DNA of 64,000 bases, taken from assembly GCA_051294375.1 (NCBI GenBank), contig CM119263.1:15230532-15294531 (forward strand), in the 5' to 3' direction. Position numbers and translations under genes: made by a program. Source of the DNA: Paraspadella gotoi. Its lineage: Eukaryota > Animalia > Chaetognatha. Positions 52,990-63,556 of this stretch are shown here, piece by piece; the first letter of the stretch is position 1, and every line of letters begins with the position of its first letter. The notes beneath the pieces are model-generated. The model was not told where the DNA came from. It searched no databases and worked only from the letters and a program-made list of their open reading frames with translations.

Positions 52990-55418
52990 ATGGCTTCCCG
53001 GGCTGTATACAAGCTCGAACTAGTTAAGAGTGTGGAAAGACGATTCTTAAGCCTGTCGACTGCTAAATTTAGCACGCATTCATCGTCGACCGCGTTAAAC
53101 ATAAACTTCTCGGCTCTGTTTCGAAGTCACCATCTGCCTCGTTCGTCCACATCTCGTCAGTCCAGCTATTCTCAAGATTATCCGCGCTGTGTCGCTCAAT
53201 TTCACTGTTCTGCCACGGCTTATTCCTCCAAAGACTGGTATTCTATACTCGGCTTGCCTCGTGACGCCGACCAAAAAGACATCAAGCAATCCTACTTCAA
53301 GCTTGCCAAGCTTTATCACCCGGACAGCCACCCTAACGACAGAAATGCCAAGGAAAAGTTCCAGGAAGTGTCGGAAGCTTATGACGTTTTATCGGATGAC
53401 GATCGACGGAGAGATTACGACGCTCAGTTGGATTTTTCGAGTGGTGGAAGATCTGGAAAAGCTACAGGTGAGAAGCGTTAAAATACGGGGAATTTTCCTT
53501 TTTTTGACCTTTCCATTTCGAGATCAATACGCTCCAGAGATCTATGGGAAAATGAAGAGCAAGGATTTTGTCGTCACAATCGCTTGCGTTTGCGTTTGCG
53601 TTTGCGACGATTTTGTGACGATGTTCCCCATAAATGTCGTTATCGTAGTCGGCGTTCCAAATTATAGATCGCTTTTTATTAATTTGTAATTGTACGAAGC
53701 TGAAGATTTAGATCATCATCGAGGTCCTTTAAAACATTTTTTGTAAAAAATTAAAGAAGAAAAAGGAATCCACAATAAATCTTTCACTTGTGTATGTAGC
53801 TTTTCCGATAAATTTAGCGTTGTCACGGAATTAATTTTTCTTTAACGAAAAGTAATTAACTCTGTTTATCTTTTTTTTTACCAATTAGTCTCCAGAGCGT
53901 AATCAAATTCGGGATCGCTATATTTTTAGTATATAAAGATAAAAACAAAAAATGCGTTTACTACTACGTACGCAGGCGGAGCGTTCCGAGGATCCTTTCA
54001 CAAAGACGTTGACCCTGAAGAGCTCTTCGACCGCGTCTTCGGGAAATATTCGGACTTTGCATCCCGCGACTCGGATCGGGGACGCGAAGAATTTGTCTCC
54101 AGCCGAGAGATCTCTGTTAATGTCACTTTCGTTGAAGCAGCAAGGGGCGTCAAGAAAAACGTTGACATATTTTATGAAGTAGGTTAATAGCAAAAATGAT
54201 AAATTTTTTTTCGAAAAAGATAGCAAGCGTATTTTTTAAGGAAACTTGCGCACGGTGCGATGGGCAGCGCTTCGAACCGTCTTCCCGCCCTGTCAAGTGC
54301 CATCAATGCGCGGGATCCGGTATGGCGAATCTCCTCAACTTAACTATGATTCAAATCCATTGCTTTGTATTTTTTCAACAGCGCGATAAATTTTATTACG
54401 CAGGCGTCGAAACTATCTCACGAGGTCCTTTTGTCCTTCGTCAAACATGTCGACATTGTCACGGTGCCCGATCGGTTCACAAAGATCCGTGTACTAAATG
54501 CAAAGGAAAAGGAAAAGTCACGGTAACTGAGTTGTTCTTCTTATATTTTTGGGTTTTTTTTTGGCATTAACACTGGCTGTTCCACCCAGATTAAGCGGGC
54601 AGCAGCGATCCAAGTCCCGGCCGGGGTGGAGGATGGGCAGACAATCCGTACGAACGTTGACGGCAAGGAATACTTTCTCCACTTCACCGTCGAAAAAAGC
54701 AAAAAGTTTCGCCGAACAGGATCTGATATTCACAGTGACGTTCAAATTTCACTCTCGCAGGGTTAGCCAATGACTGATTGATATCTCGCTTACTTTTTTT
54801 TTCTAAACTTTTATGTAAACTTTTTTACTTCACAAATCTCCATTACAGCAATTTTGGGTGGCGTTGTTCGAGTTAACGGATTGTACGACGATTACCGCCT
54901 CAACGTCCCCTCCGGAACTCAGTCGCACGAGTACATTCTTCTGAAAGGGAAAGGAATGAAGCGCGTTAACAGTTCTGGTCATGGAGATCATTACGTTCAT
55001 GTGCGAATCCGAATACCTTCGAAAATGACTCCAGAACAGGTTGGGAAACTTACGGTCCGTGTCATTTCTGTTTTTCTGTCTTTTACACATTTTATCCTCA
55101 TTTTCTGTCCAACTGTCCTCATTTTAACCCTTTATTTTTTTCTCCCTTTCTCTCCTTTTTTTGAGATTTATCATTTTAGATAATTCTGATTTTTCTTCTT
55201 TCCCAACTTTTGTGTTTCAGTTGGCCTTGATATCTGTGTTCGCTGAGAGCGAGAATGATGTCGAGGGAACAATCAACGGATTGACGGAAGTGACGCTAAA
55301 GACTTCACCGTCTCGCGTCAAACGTCGCGTTGTGAACGACGATGCCGGTTTCGTCTCGGAGATTCGACGAGCAGTTGGTTGGCAGTCAGCCGAGAACGTT
55401 GACAATGTTGGAGGCTGA
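52990..55418 (+). CDS. DNAJA3: mitochondrial DnaJ/Hsp40 homolog Tid1
   Basis: Exons 52990-53467, 53976-54178, 54241-54319, 54404-54522, 54590-54761, 54849-55039 and 55221-55418. Arg/Ser-rich transit peptide; J domain with HPD; DPEELF motif; four CxxCxGx zinc-finger repeats; VPAGVEDGQ and GKGM...GHGDHYVH C-terminal domain. Confidence 0.93.
53564..53715 (+). mobile_element. HINE-like element, copy B (5' part only) in DNAJA3 intron 1
   Basis: Aligns by eye with 51217-51370 (GTCGTCxCAATCGCTTGCG...CCCCATAAATG...GTCGGCGTTCCAAATTATAGAT...AAGCTGAAxATTTAGAT). Confidence 0.75.
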
Positions 55419-55558
55419 ATGAACAAATATGCCAATTTCGAAAATGTGTGTTGAGGGAAACGAATAGACGTTTTCCTCACAATCGAGCTGTGATTCAAAC
55501 TCGTAAAAATCCGTTATTGTTTTCAGTTTTTTGAAGTTGTTCAGGGTCGACTGTAAAA

Positions 55559-56139
55559 ATGGCTGGCGTAGATTTAGAACTGAAAAAGGCCTTCGGCGAC
55601 TTGCAAATGAAAATGGTGACGACAAAGCAACTACTCAAAAATCACGACGCCCAGATTGGAATCATCAGCAAAGACATTGACACTGCAGTTGTTACAGGTA
55701 TGAAATGAATAAGCAGCTTTTAAAACTGCGTGAATATTAAGTTTCTGTAAAATTGGGTTTTATATTAACAGATTCTTAGTTTTTATTATTATTATTAATG
55801 ATAGCATTATTATTATTAAATTCCAGTTTATCTTTTTTTTTCGTTTTATATGAAAAAGTAAAAACCTCGAAAACTTGTCACTCGTCAGCTTTTTATTGTC
55901 GTTTAGGCGAAGCAATGTCTCTGCAGCCGAAGGGAACAATCGCCTATGAAACCGTCGGGCGAATGTTCGTCAAACACGACCTCGAACTCATCAAGAGTCG
56001 TATCGATCGACAAGTAGCGGATATGACAAGCAAGATCCAAAAACTCGAGACAAACAAGGAATACTTGACGCGCAACTTGAAAGAATCGGAAGACAATCTT
56101 CGAGAGATGGTCGCGCAGAAACAAAAAGCTCGCGCCTAA
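55559..56139 (+). CDS. PFDN1: prefoldin subunit 1
   Basis: Exons 55559-55697 and 55907-56139. MAGVDLELKKAFGDLQ...YETVGRMFV...KEYLTRNLKESEDNLREMV matches recalled PFDN1 motifs. Confidence 0.95.
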
Positions 56140-56347
56140 AAAAAAACTATTTTAAATATTTTGTGCGTGTTCCTAGATCAAAATATACCTATCATGCCCT
56201 AAATTTTATTACGCCTCCCATCTCTTTTTCGTCCAGCAATACATTTTTTAAAATTTTTTTATCAAATAGCGAACCCCTAGCGTCATTTTCCTTCATCGAT
56301 TTTTCGTTCCTTTAAAGCAGGTTGTCAATTGTGTGTTTGCTCCAATC

Positions 56348-56620
56348 ATGCGCCAGTTAAAGGGAAAAGTCAAAGGTATATGATCCAGTTATATTTAAAG
56401 CCCAAATTTCTTGTTTGGCAATAGTAAAAAAAAAAAAAACCTGAACCATACGTCCACAGAATCTCGCAAAGAGAAGCGGGAACGCAAGGAGGACTTCCTG
56501 GCTAACAAATCGCAGTGCTGGTGGGTGGTCGTCCCCATCATGACTCTCGTCGCCGCATCCGTCACCCTCATCGTCTACTACGGCACAAGAGCCAAATTCT
56601 CTCTCGAAGGAGAGTTGTAA
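56348..56620 (+). CDS. SMCO4: single-pass membrane and coiled-coil protein 4 (62 aa)
   Basis: Exons 56348-56375 and 56460-56620 give MRQLKGKVKESRKEKRERKEDF...VVVPIMTLVAASVTLIVYYGTR; the MRQLKGK start and single TM helix are characteristic. Confidence 0.9.
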
Positions 56621-56729
56621 AGGCGACTGCGACTGCGAACTATTTTCTCTCCCCCTCTGTATACTAATTATATTCTCATCGGGTACGGCCTCGCATTTAC
56701 TCCTTCTTTCACCCAAGTTAACTTAAATA

Positions 56730-59214
56730 ATGGCGAATTTGGCGGATCTACAAGCGGAACTTCTTCGAAAGAAGACGGAATTGAAGCAGCGGCAATCTTT
56801 TGCGGAAGGAAACTATTTGAAGGCGGAGAAGCGGGAGAAAAAGTCGTCGATCTTTAGTAAAAGGAACAAAGGTATTGGCGATCGAAACCAAAAGGACATG
56901 GAACAAAAGGCAGAGGAAGAACAGAGCTACGAAAACGCTCGCAAGAAGCTGGAAATTAAGGCCAAGATGTATGACAAGCTGTCGAGGGGCGGGGACGGTG
57001 TGTTGGACGAAGAAAAGACTGGGTGAGCAAAGAGTAGGCTGTGGATTAGAAACAAAATCGTGAATAGGGCTAATCCAAATTCATTAATTTTTTTGCAGGT
57101 TGGAAGACCGCGTGATGGTGGATTTTCAGCAGAAGGCCTTGGATCATTTCAAAGAGGAAAAACTGAAGGACGAGAAGAAAAAGGAGGAAGAGGAGAAGAA
57201 GAAAATGATCAAAGATCTGGGAAGCGGGAAGGTGGAGTTTACGGATTCTTTGGGCCGAACAAGGATCGTCGATAAGAAAGACGTTAAAGACTACCTGGTA
57301 TGAGCGAAAAAGCTTTTAGTAAAACTCAACAATCTTTTAAAATTACCTAATCTTTACCTCCATGGTCCATTATTCAGGAAATGGACAAGGACTTACGCGG
57401 GCCTCAGGCTGTTGAAGCGGATCCTCACTCAACCTTCCAAAAGATGAAATTCATTAAAAGTACGGAGTTTGAGGAGGCAGAGCCGAAACCGACTGGGCCC
57501 GAAGTCGAGGCCAAAAAGAAGCTTCTCGTCTCCTCAGACATGCAAAGAGAAGAACTTCGTCAAAAGTGGGAAGAGGTGAGATCTTGACGACTTTTTCGTG
57601 TTTAGTTTTCAGGTCTCTGTCCAATACAGGAAATTCTTATTGTTTTTATCGACTAACGATTTGCTTTTTTCCCTACTAGGAGGAGACTAAGCTCCTGGAA
57701 AAACCTGACGTTCATTATCAAGACGTCCAATTTGACGAGATCCGCGATCTGGGGACGGGTTATTTCGCGTTCTCAAGATCTGAGCAAGAGCGAGAACGAC
57801 AGAAGGAAGATTTGAAAGACGCGCGGGAGGAAACAACGACGGCCCGTCAGCGCGCGGAGAAGGTCAAAGCCAGGAGGGCGGAATTAATGAAGGCCAGGCT
57901 GGCCAAGATTAAGGTTAGTTGATTGGTCTTTGGGCGTTAGATATAAAAACTACAGAATGATTTTTTTATCTCGCCAGTCGGGCCTAGGCCCGTCTTGGGT
58001 GAGAAAATTATTTACTATTGCTTCTTAGTGTCGTTGTCGTCATCATTACGCTTTTTTTACAATTGGAAATTGTGAAAGTGTGTATTTGTAGGAAGATAAA
58101 AATTTAGATATAGCTTCTCATCATCAAGATCTTTAATTTATTTATCTTTTATCAAGTATTTTTTTATTTGAATTTCTTTTACATTATTATTAACTGTAAT
58201 ATGCAAATTAGCATAAAGTATAAATTTTTTAAATATATATCGCTCTTTCTCTCTCATCAATGGCCATTGGTGCAGGAGGCAAGTCATTCGCCTCCCAACC
58301 TAAAGGTCCGGGGTTCTAGCCTAGCAGTTAAGAGGGACGGGGCGCTTAACCCGCCTGTAACAGTGTTACAGCCTGATCCGAAGCTCAGGGATTGCTTATA
58401 TTGAACGGTTCTGTTACTAACTCATAACAATTATTTTTGTCTCTTCAGTTCAATCATTTCATTTAATTCATTTCATTTCAATTCGTTTTATTCATTCAAT
58501 TTATTTTTAAACGTTTTCCCATCAATGATTCCTTATCATTCTATCAATAATTTGGTATCATCCCATCCATAATTTGTCATCATCCCATCAATAATTTGTC
58601 ATCATCCCATCAATTATTTGTTATCATCGCATCAATAATTTAATATTATTGCATCAATAATAAATTATTATAATATTAAATTATTATCACATCAATTATT
58701 TGTTATCGCTTCAATAATTCGTTATTTATTTGATTAATTTTCCTAAATAGTAACGTCTGGCGAGTTCACTATACTTTTAAGATTTTTTCGTCTCACCAAC
58801 TCTCAGGCTCGACGCGGAATAGAGGATCGTTCCGTAGAGGAGGAAGACCTCCAAGCCAAGAAAAACGAGGAGGATGAGGAAGAGAAGAAGAAAAAGGAAG
58901 AGAGAGAACGTCTCTACGAATATCATCTCGATTTGGCGAGGAGGGCCAGGATTCGAGAGTGGGATCAAGGAAAAGAGGCGACCTTAAAAGACGACAAAGA
59001 GGGTCCTTCTTGGGAGCGAAAGACAGAAGAAATGAGGAATGAGCGGAACCCGGATTTCGCCCCGCCCGAAGTTTACAGCGCCGGAAAAAGATCTGGCAGT
59101 GGGGGAGGAGGAGGAGCAAGCGGTGACAAACGGAGAAAGCAGTGCGACGACTACGACGACGATGATCCCGTCGCCAGGGGATTGAGAAACTTGAAGAATC
59201 TTTACCAGTTTTAA
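56730..59214 (+). CDS. CCDC174: coiled-coil domain-containing protein 174
   Basis: Exons 56730-57022, 57099-57297, 57378-57575, 57680-57913 and 58807-59214. Motifs LADLQAELLRKK, LEIKAKMYDKL, VDFQQK, VEFTDSLGRTR, VHYQDV..DEIRDLGTGYFAFS, IREWDQGK and RNERNPDFAPP. Confidence 0.9.
57961..58787 (+). mobile_element. HINE-like element, copy C (second subfamily) in the last CCDC174 intron
   Basis: TTTTATCTCGCCAG start, GTC-rich microsatellite, core AAAATTTAGATATAGC, internal ~21-bp tandem repeats (58540-58720), distal inverted CTGGCGAG and the same CTTTTAAGATTTTT end as copy A. 5' part shared with 60619-60910. Confidence 0.65.
58262..58430 (+). mobile_element. tRNA-derived SINE, copy 2, nested in HINE-like copy C
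   Basis: Close match to 15824-15998. Confidence 0.8.
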
Positions 59215-59401
59215 AACCAAATCCGTAAAAAGGAAAAACAAATTCCGTGACCTACGTTTTAGCGTACGCTACAATTCCGTCAATTTTTGTCAATTCTGTA
59301 ATTTCACGGTAAAAGATTGTAACTGCTTTTTTTGTACATGGGTGTCATTTGTATTTATATTGGTAATTTTAGATCTTGCGGCCCGACATTGTTTGGTTAA
59401 T

Positions 59402-62400
59402 ATGTCGTCCCCCCTCGTATCTTGGTGTCAAAAAGAACTATCAAAATTACTCGACATCGAAACATCTGAAGACATCGTAAGGTAATAAATTGGAAGACAG
59501 TAAAATTTAGGATCATGCTTGAACAAAGAATAAGTTAACAACTCGTTACTATATGTTTATGTGGGTCTCGTCCCTTTTTAAGTGCCCCGTCGGCTGACAC
59601 AGGCCTCTTTTCTCGATAACTACTCCGTTTCGGTAAAACTTGCATTGTTCTTTCCTCCATTCAGATAACTGAAAAAAAAATTACCATGCGAATCGTTAAT
59701 TTTGAGGTTTGCATTCATGCAGTTGCCTTCAAACTGGTCTCGTCGGCGTTTCTCGCCCTTCTGACGTCCCTGGCATAGAGTTTCATTCCTGATCCCGAGT
59801 GCCTCGCCACCAAATCGGCCACACTCCTTTTCACGTTAATGGCGTAGCCTGGGATGTCGTTGACGTTTGAATTTTTTCTGCGGATTTCTTTCGAGAAGAC
59901 CTCGATTTTCACCCGAAATTCCGTCGACGACGAAGTAATCCGGGTCTAGGTTCTCCTTGAGGTCGTAGATTTCGTCTTCCTCCAAATACTTTACATCTTT
60001 CTTCTCACAAAATCCCACTTCTGTTTCCCCGATTTTGGCAACTCTGTTGACAAATCCCGCTCAATCAAATAAAGCAATTTGGTTTTGCAACCATCCCAGC
60101 CGTGATTACTGATTAGTGAACCTGCACGTTCCAGAGCATAAGATTGGCTTCGAATCCCGACCCTCTGGTCCCACAAAAGTTTGACACGTTCTTACTTCGC
60201 CGCCGCGAACGTGAATAGCTGCTACTAAAAACGCTAATAGCGTTCGCTGCATCATGAAAAAATTGGATATGGTTATATTTCTAAGATGACCTTTTACGCT
60301 CGCCAATTAAGTCGCAGATGATTAAACTATATGAATTTTTCCCCTTTCTCCTATAAGATACATCTTAAATATCCAAGACGCCAAAGAATTGGAGGATTAC
60401 TTGTTAGAACTACTTAACCCTGATGATCCGGATCACGTGAATTTTATCCAAGAACTTTTAAAGAAATGGAATCCGCGGGAAGACAAAAACGTCACCGTTT
60501 ATCAAAAAGAAAAGGAACAAGAGGTTGGTCTAAATTAAATCTGTATATTTTATTATTATGTCGCTCTTAGCAAAGAAAGTATACACTATATAACTTTTTA
60601 AGCAAAGGCAACAAGAGATTTTTTATCTCGCCAGCTTTTCAGGCTTTGGCGAGAATTATGAGACGGATCTGCTTCTTAGTGGTGTCGGCGTCGTTGTCAG
60701 CGTTATCACGCTTTTTTATAACTGATTATAGTAAAAATGTGTCATCATAGTAAGCTGAAAATTTAGATATAGCTTTTCATCATAAATGTGGCGAACGGTC
60801 GTTAAACGACATCAAAAAATAATATTTGAAAGATACAAAATTAATTTTCTGATCCGATTTGAATTTCCCAAAACATTGACTAACTCTATGCAAATTAGCA
60901 TAAAGTTTGGGCAAAATTTTTTCTCCTTTTTTTTAAGAGTTCGGAAATGAATTTTTTTATTCTTCTTAGGTTCATAAAATATCATCTCCTCATTAATTCC
61001 TTATCATTGCATCATTTTGTTATTATCGCAACAATGTTTTATCATTGCATCATTAACGAATAAAATTTAATTATTTTTTGCATAAATATTTTTTTCATTA
61101 ATTCATTTCTATCGAAATTCTACTTTGCATTTTTCATACATGCTCTGTTTGACAGACGTTATTAATTTTTCACTGTCTCGCCCTTAGGTGTTTTTTGCAG
61201 GAACGCGACCCAAGGAGAAAACCAAAAAAAAAGTGAAACCAGAAAAACGCGACGATGATGAAAACTCAGCGACTCCTACGTTTCCAAATGCCAGCTCGAC
61301 GGTGTCGCCGCAAAGCGGGGCGAGAAAAAAAACAAAATATGTTGAGCTCTACAGCCCAGAGGGTGAAGCGCGTCAGGAAGTGCGACTTCCGGGCCGACAC
61401 GCTTGCGAGTGTCAGGCATCGAAGCACAGGTCCGTTTAAGGTTCAAATTTACTCATTTTTTTATGAGCCTTCCCTACAAAACTTAATTTTTCTTCATTCA
61501 GACTCATCAATAACTGCCTCAAATGCGGTAGAATCGTTTGTGAGCAAGAAGGCAGTGGACCCTGCTTCTTTTGTGGAAATCTGGTCTGCACGCAGCAAGA
61601 AAGAGAATTTATGAACCAGGGAACGAAAAAGGCTGAACAACTTCGGCGCAAACTCCTAAATGACCACCCGCCCGACAAGGAGGCCTCTCCCACGCCTCTC
61701 TCCACAGTCTCCCCTCTCCCAGGCCAAGAAGCTCGGATGTCTGAAGGTCTGACCAAGGCTCAGGCTCACCGGGATCGCCTGCTCGAATACGACAAGACTC
61801 ACACGAAACGAACACAAGTCATCGACGACGAATCGGATTATTACGCCTCTGGCGCCGACTCTTGGCTCAACCGCAAGGAGAAACAGGCATTGCAGGTCGG
61901 TTGAAAATGTGCGTAAGTATGGCAACGAGAGGATTGCCTGTGATACCCGGGGCGCGGGGTATCTCACCAGCTGGCGTAGGGGCTGCGGAATCTCAGTGAC
62001 CGCCTCCTGTCACTGGCATGTTTAGACCGGCTCCGTCACATTTAAGCCAGAACCGGGATACCCAGGGATTAAAACGAGATTATTTAGTCTGCTCAGCCAT
62101 TGAGACGACGCTGAGGACGGACAGTGCTGCCACAGAAGATTTATTTCTGATGCGTGAAAGTCAATTTTGAATCCTTGACAGAAAAAAGAGGAAGAAATGC
62201 GTGAAAAGCGGTTTGGATCTCGAATGCATCGGAAGATTACCTTCGACTTTGCCGGTCGACAGATAATTGACGCCGAAGACGATTCTGCTTCTTTGCAGGT
62301 TATTTTTGAACTTGCAGTATTGCATAGGTTTTTTTTTATTTGGTTTTAAATCAATCCGTGCTCGCCGTTCAGATGTATCTCGGCGAACAAGGGAGCAAGG

Positions 62401-63412
62401 TCGAAGCGTCCTCCATGGAGGCGAGTCTCCGAACGAACGATTTGCTTCTTAAGATGATGGACCAAAATGATCGCGATCTCGTCAATCCCTTTATCTTAAC
62501 TCCAGCCCCTACTTTTGTCGGAGGAGTGGAGAGTGGAGAAATTCGTGATGAAAGGTTCATTCTGTTTAACTTCGATGTTGCCAAATTGTTTCTAGTAGTT
62601 GTTAACATGTTCAATCTTCAACTCTATCTTTAAACCTTTCTGCAGGATGACGGTACTAACGAAGAAGGAGCCAGCGGTAAAACGCCTCCAGGACAGAGAA
62701 TTAATGCAACTTCGGGATGATGGCTTTTGTCTTTCTATGCATCAGCCGTGGGCGTCGATGTTAGTTAGAGGCATCAAGAAGCACGAAGGCCGCTCCTGGT
62801 ATTCCGCGCACAGAGGTGAGGTCGTCAATCGATGGTTAAGTTTCGAGAATAATTAATACATTTTCCGTTACCATCTTCGCTTAGGCCGTCTCTGGATCGC
62901 CTCTACGGCGAAACCTCCTTCCGGACCTGAGATCGTAACCCTGGAGACGGAATACCGGCGCCTTTACGATTGCGACCTTGAATTTCCCCGGGATTACCCG
63001 ACAGGTGTACTCCTCGGCTGCGTGGACGTCGTCGACGTACTTTCTCAGGATGAGTACGCCCTCCGCTTCAATGGCCCCGACGCAGACCACCCGGCCGAGT
63101 CGCAGTCGCCCTTTGTTTTTGTCTGCGAAAATCCGCAGGAGCTCTTTGTAAAGTTTCCTATCAAGGGTGAGACGTTTTGTCTTTGCTTAAAAATTGTTTG
63201 ATAAATTGCCACAGTCGAATCTTTTATTCTATTTCTTTTTAGGTCAACATAAAATTTACAAATTGGAGCCCCATGTACATCAAGCGGCCAAAAAGGGCGC
63301 TCGTCTCGTGGATGCGCCGTCGTATGGTGTCTTTGTTGAAACAGACAGTCTTCATCAGAATTTTGGTTGCTTGCGGATCGATTCTCGCGAACAGATTGAC
63401 GCCGCGGCTTGA
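59402..63412 (+). CDS. TRIP4: activating signal cointegrator 1 (ASC-1)
   Basis: Exons 59402-59481, 60358-60523, 61188-61429, 61502-61895, 62182-62298, 62373-62554, 62646-62815, 62885-63166 and 63243-63412. N-terminal PLVSWCQKEL; C2HC5 finger (RHACECQASKHRLINNCLKCGRIVCEQEGSGPCFFCG); RTQVIDDESDY; ASCH domain (CLSMHQPWASMLVRGIKKHEGRSWYSAHRGRLWIA). Confidence 0.95.
59549..60255 (-). CDS. nested antisense gene in TRIP4 intron 1; predicted secreted Cys-containing protein, 168 aa, unknown family
   Basis: Exons 60255-60122, 60043-59913, 59848-59727 and 59668-59549 join into one open frame across introns of 78, 64 and 58 nt (the third is GC-AG). Signal-peptide-like start MMQRTLLAFLVAAIHVRG. Confidence 0.65.
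60619..60910 (+). mobile_element. HINE-like element, copy D in TRIP4 intron 2 (3' limit unclear)
   Basis: TTTTATCTCGCCAG...TGGCGAGA inverted pair, GTCGGCGTCGTTGTC, AAGCTGAAAATTTAGATATAGC and TATGCAAATTAGCATAAAGT, largely shared with copy C. Confidence 0.7.
61920..62137 (+). ncRNA. candidate structured intronic RNA (H/ACA or scaRNA-like) in TRIP4 intron 4
   Basis: GC-rich island with at least four stems, an ANANNA box (62072-62077), a 3' hairpin with UGAG in the loop and ACA at 62132-62134. Family not recognised; strand assumed from the host gene. Confidence 0.4.
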
Positions 63413-63556
63413 TGCATAGTTTGGAATGAAAACTTACTGTCCGCCCGAGCGTCCCCCTACGAGTTCTTAGCCTTCTGTGCTTTCCACTCTCTCGATGGTT
63501 AATTATTAATTATTGACGTTATTTTTAGTCGATTTGCGAATCGAAATAAAGTAACA

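Noticed and set aside
58540-58720. Regularly spaced ~21-bp repeats resembling a CRISPR array
   Set aside because: Head-to-tail degenerate tandem units without unique spacers, inside a eukaryotic intronic repeat, with no cas genes.
59715-60306. Four staggered minus-strand ORFs read as a frameshifted pseudogene
   Set aside because: The frame changes coincide with splice signals bounding 58-78 nt introns, so a spliced gene fits better.
61920-62137. Assignment as U17/SNORA73, RNase P/MRP RNA, telomerase RNA or hammerhead ribozyme
   Set aside because: U17 m1/m2 motifs, correctly ordered P4 (CR-I/CR-V) motifs, a telomeric template and the CUGAUGA/GAAA core were not found.
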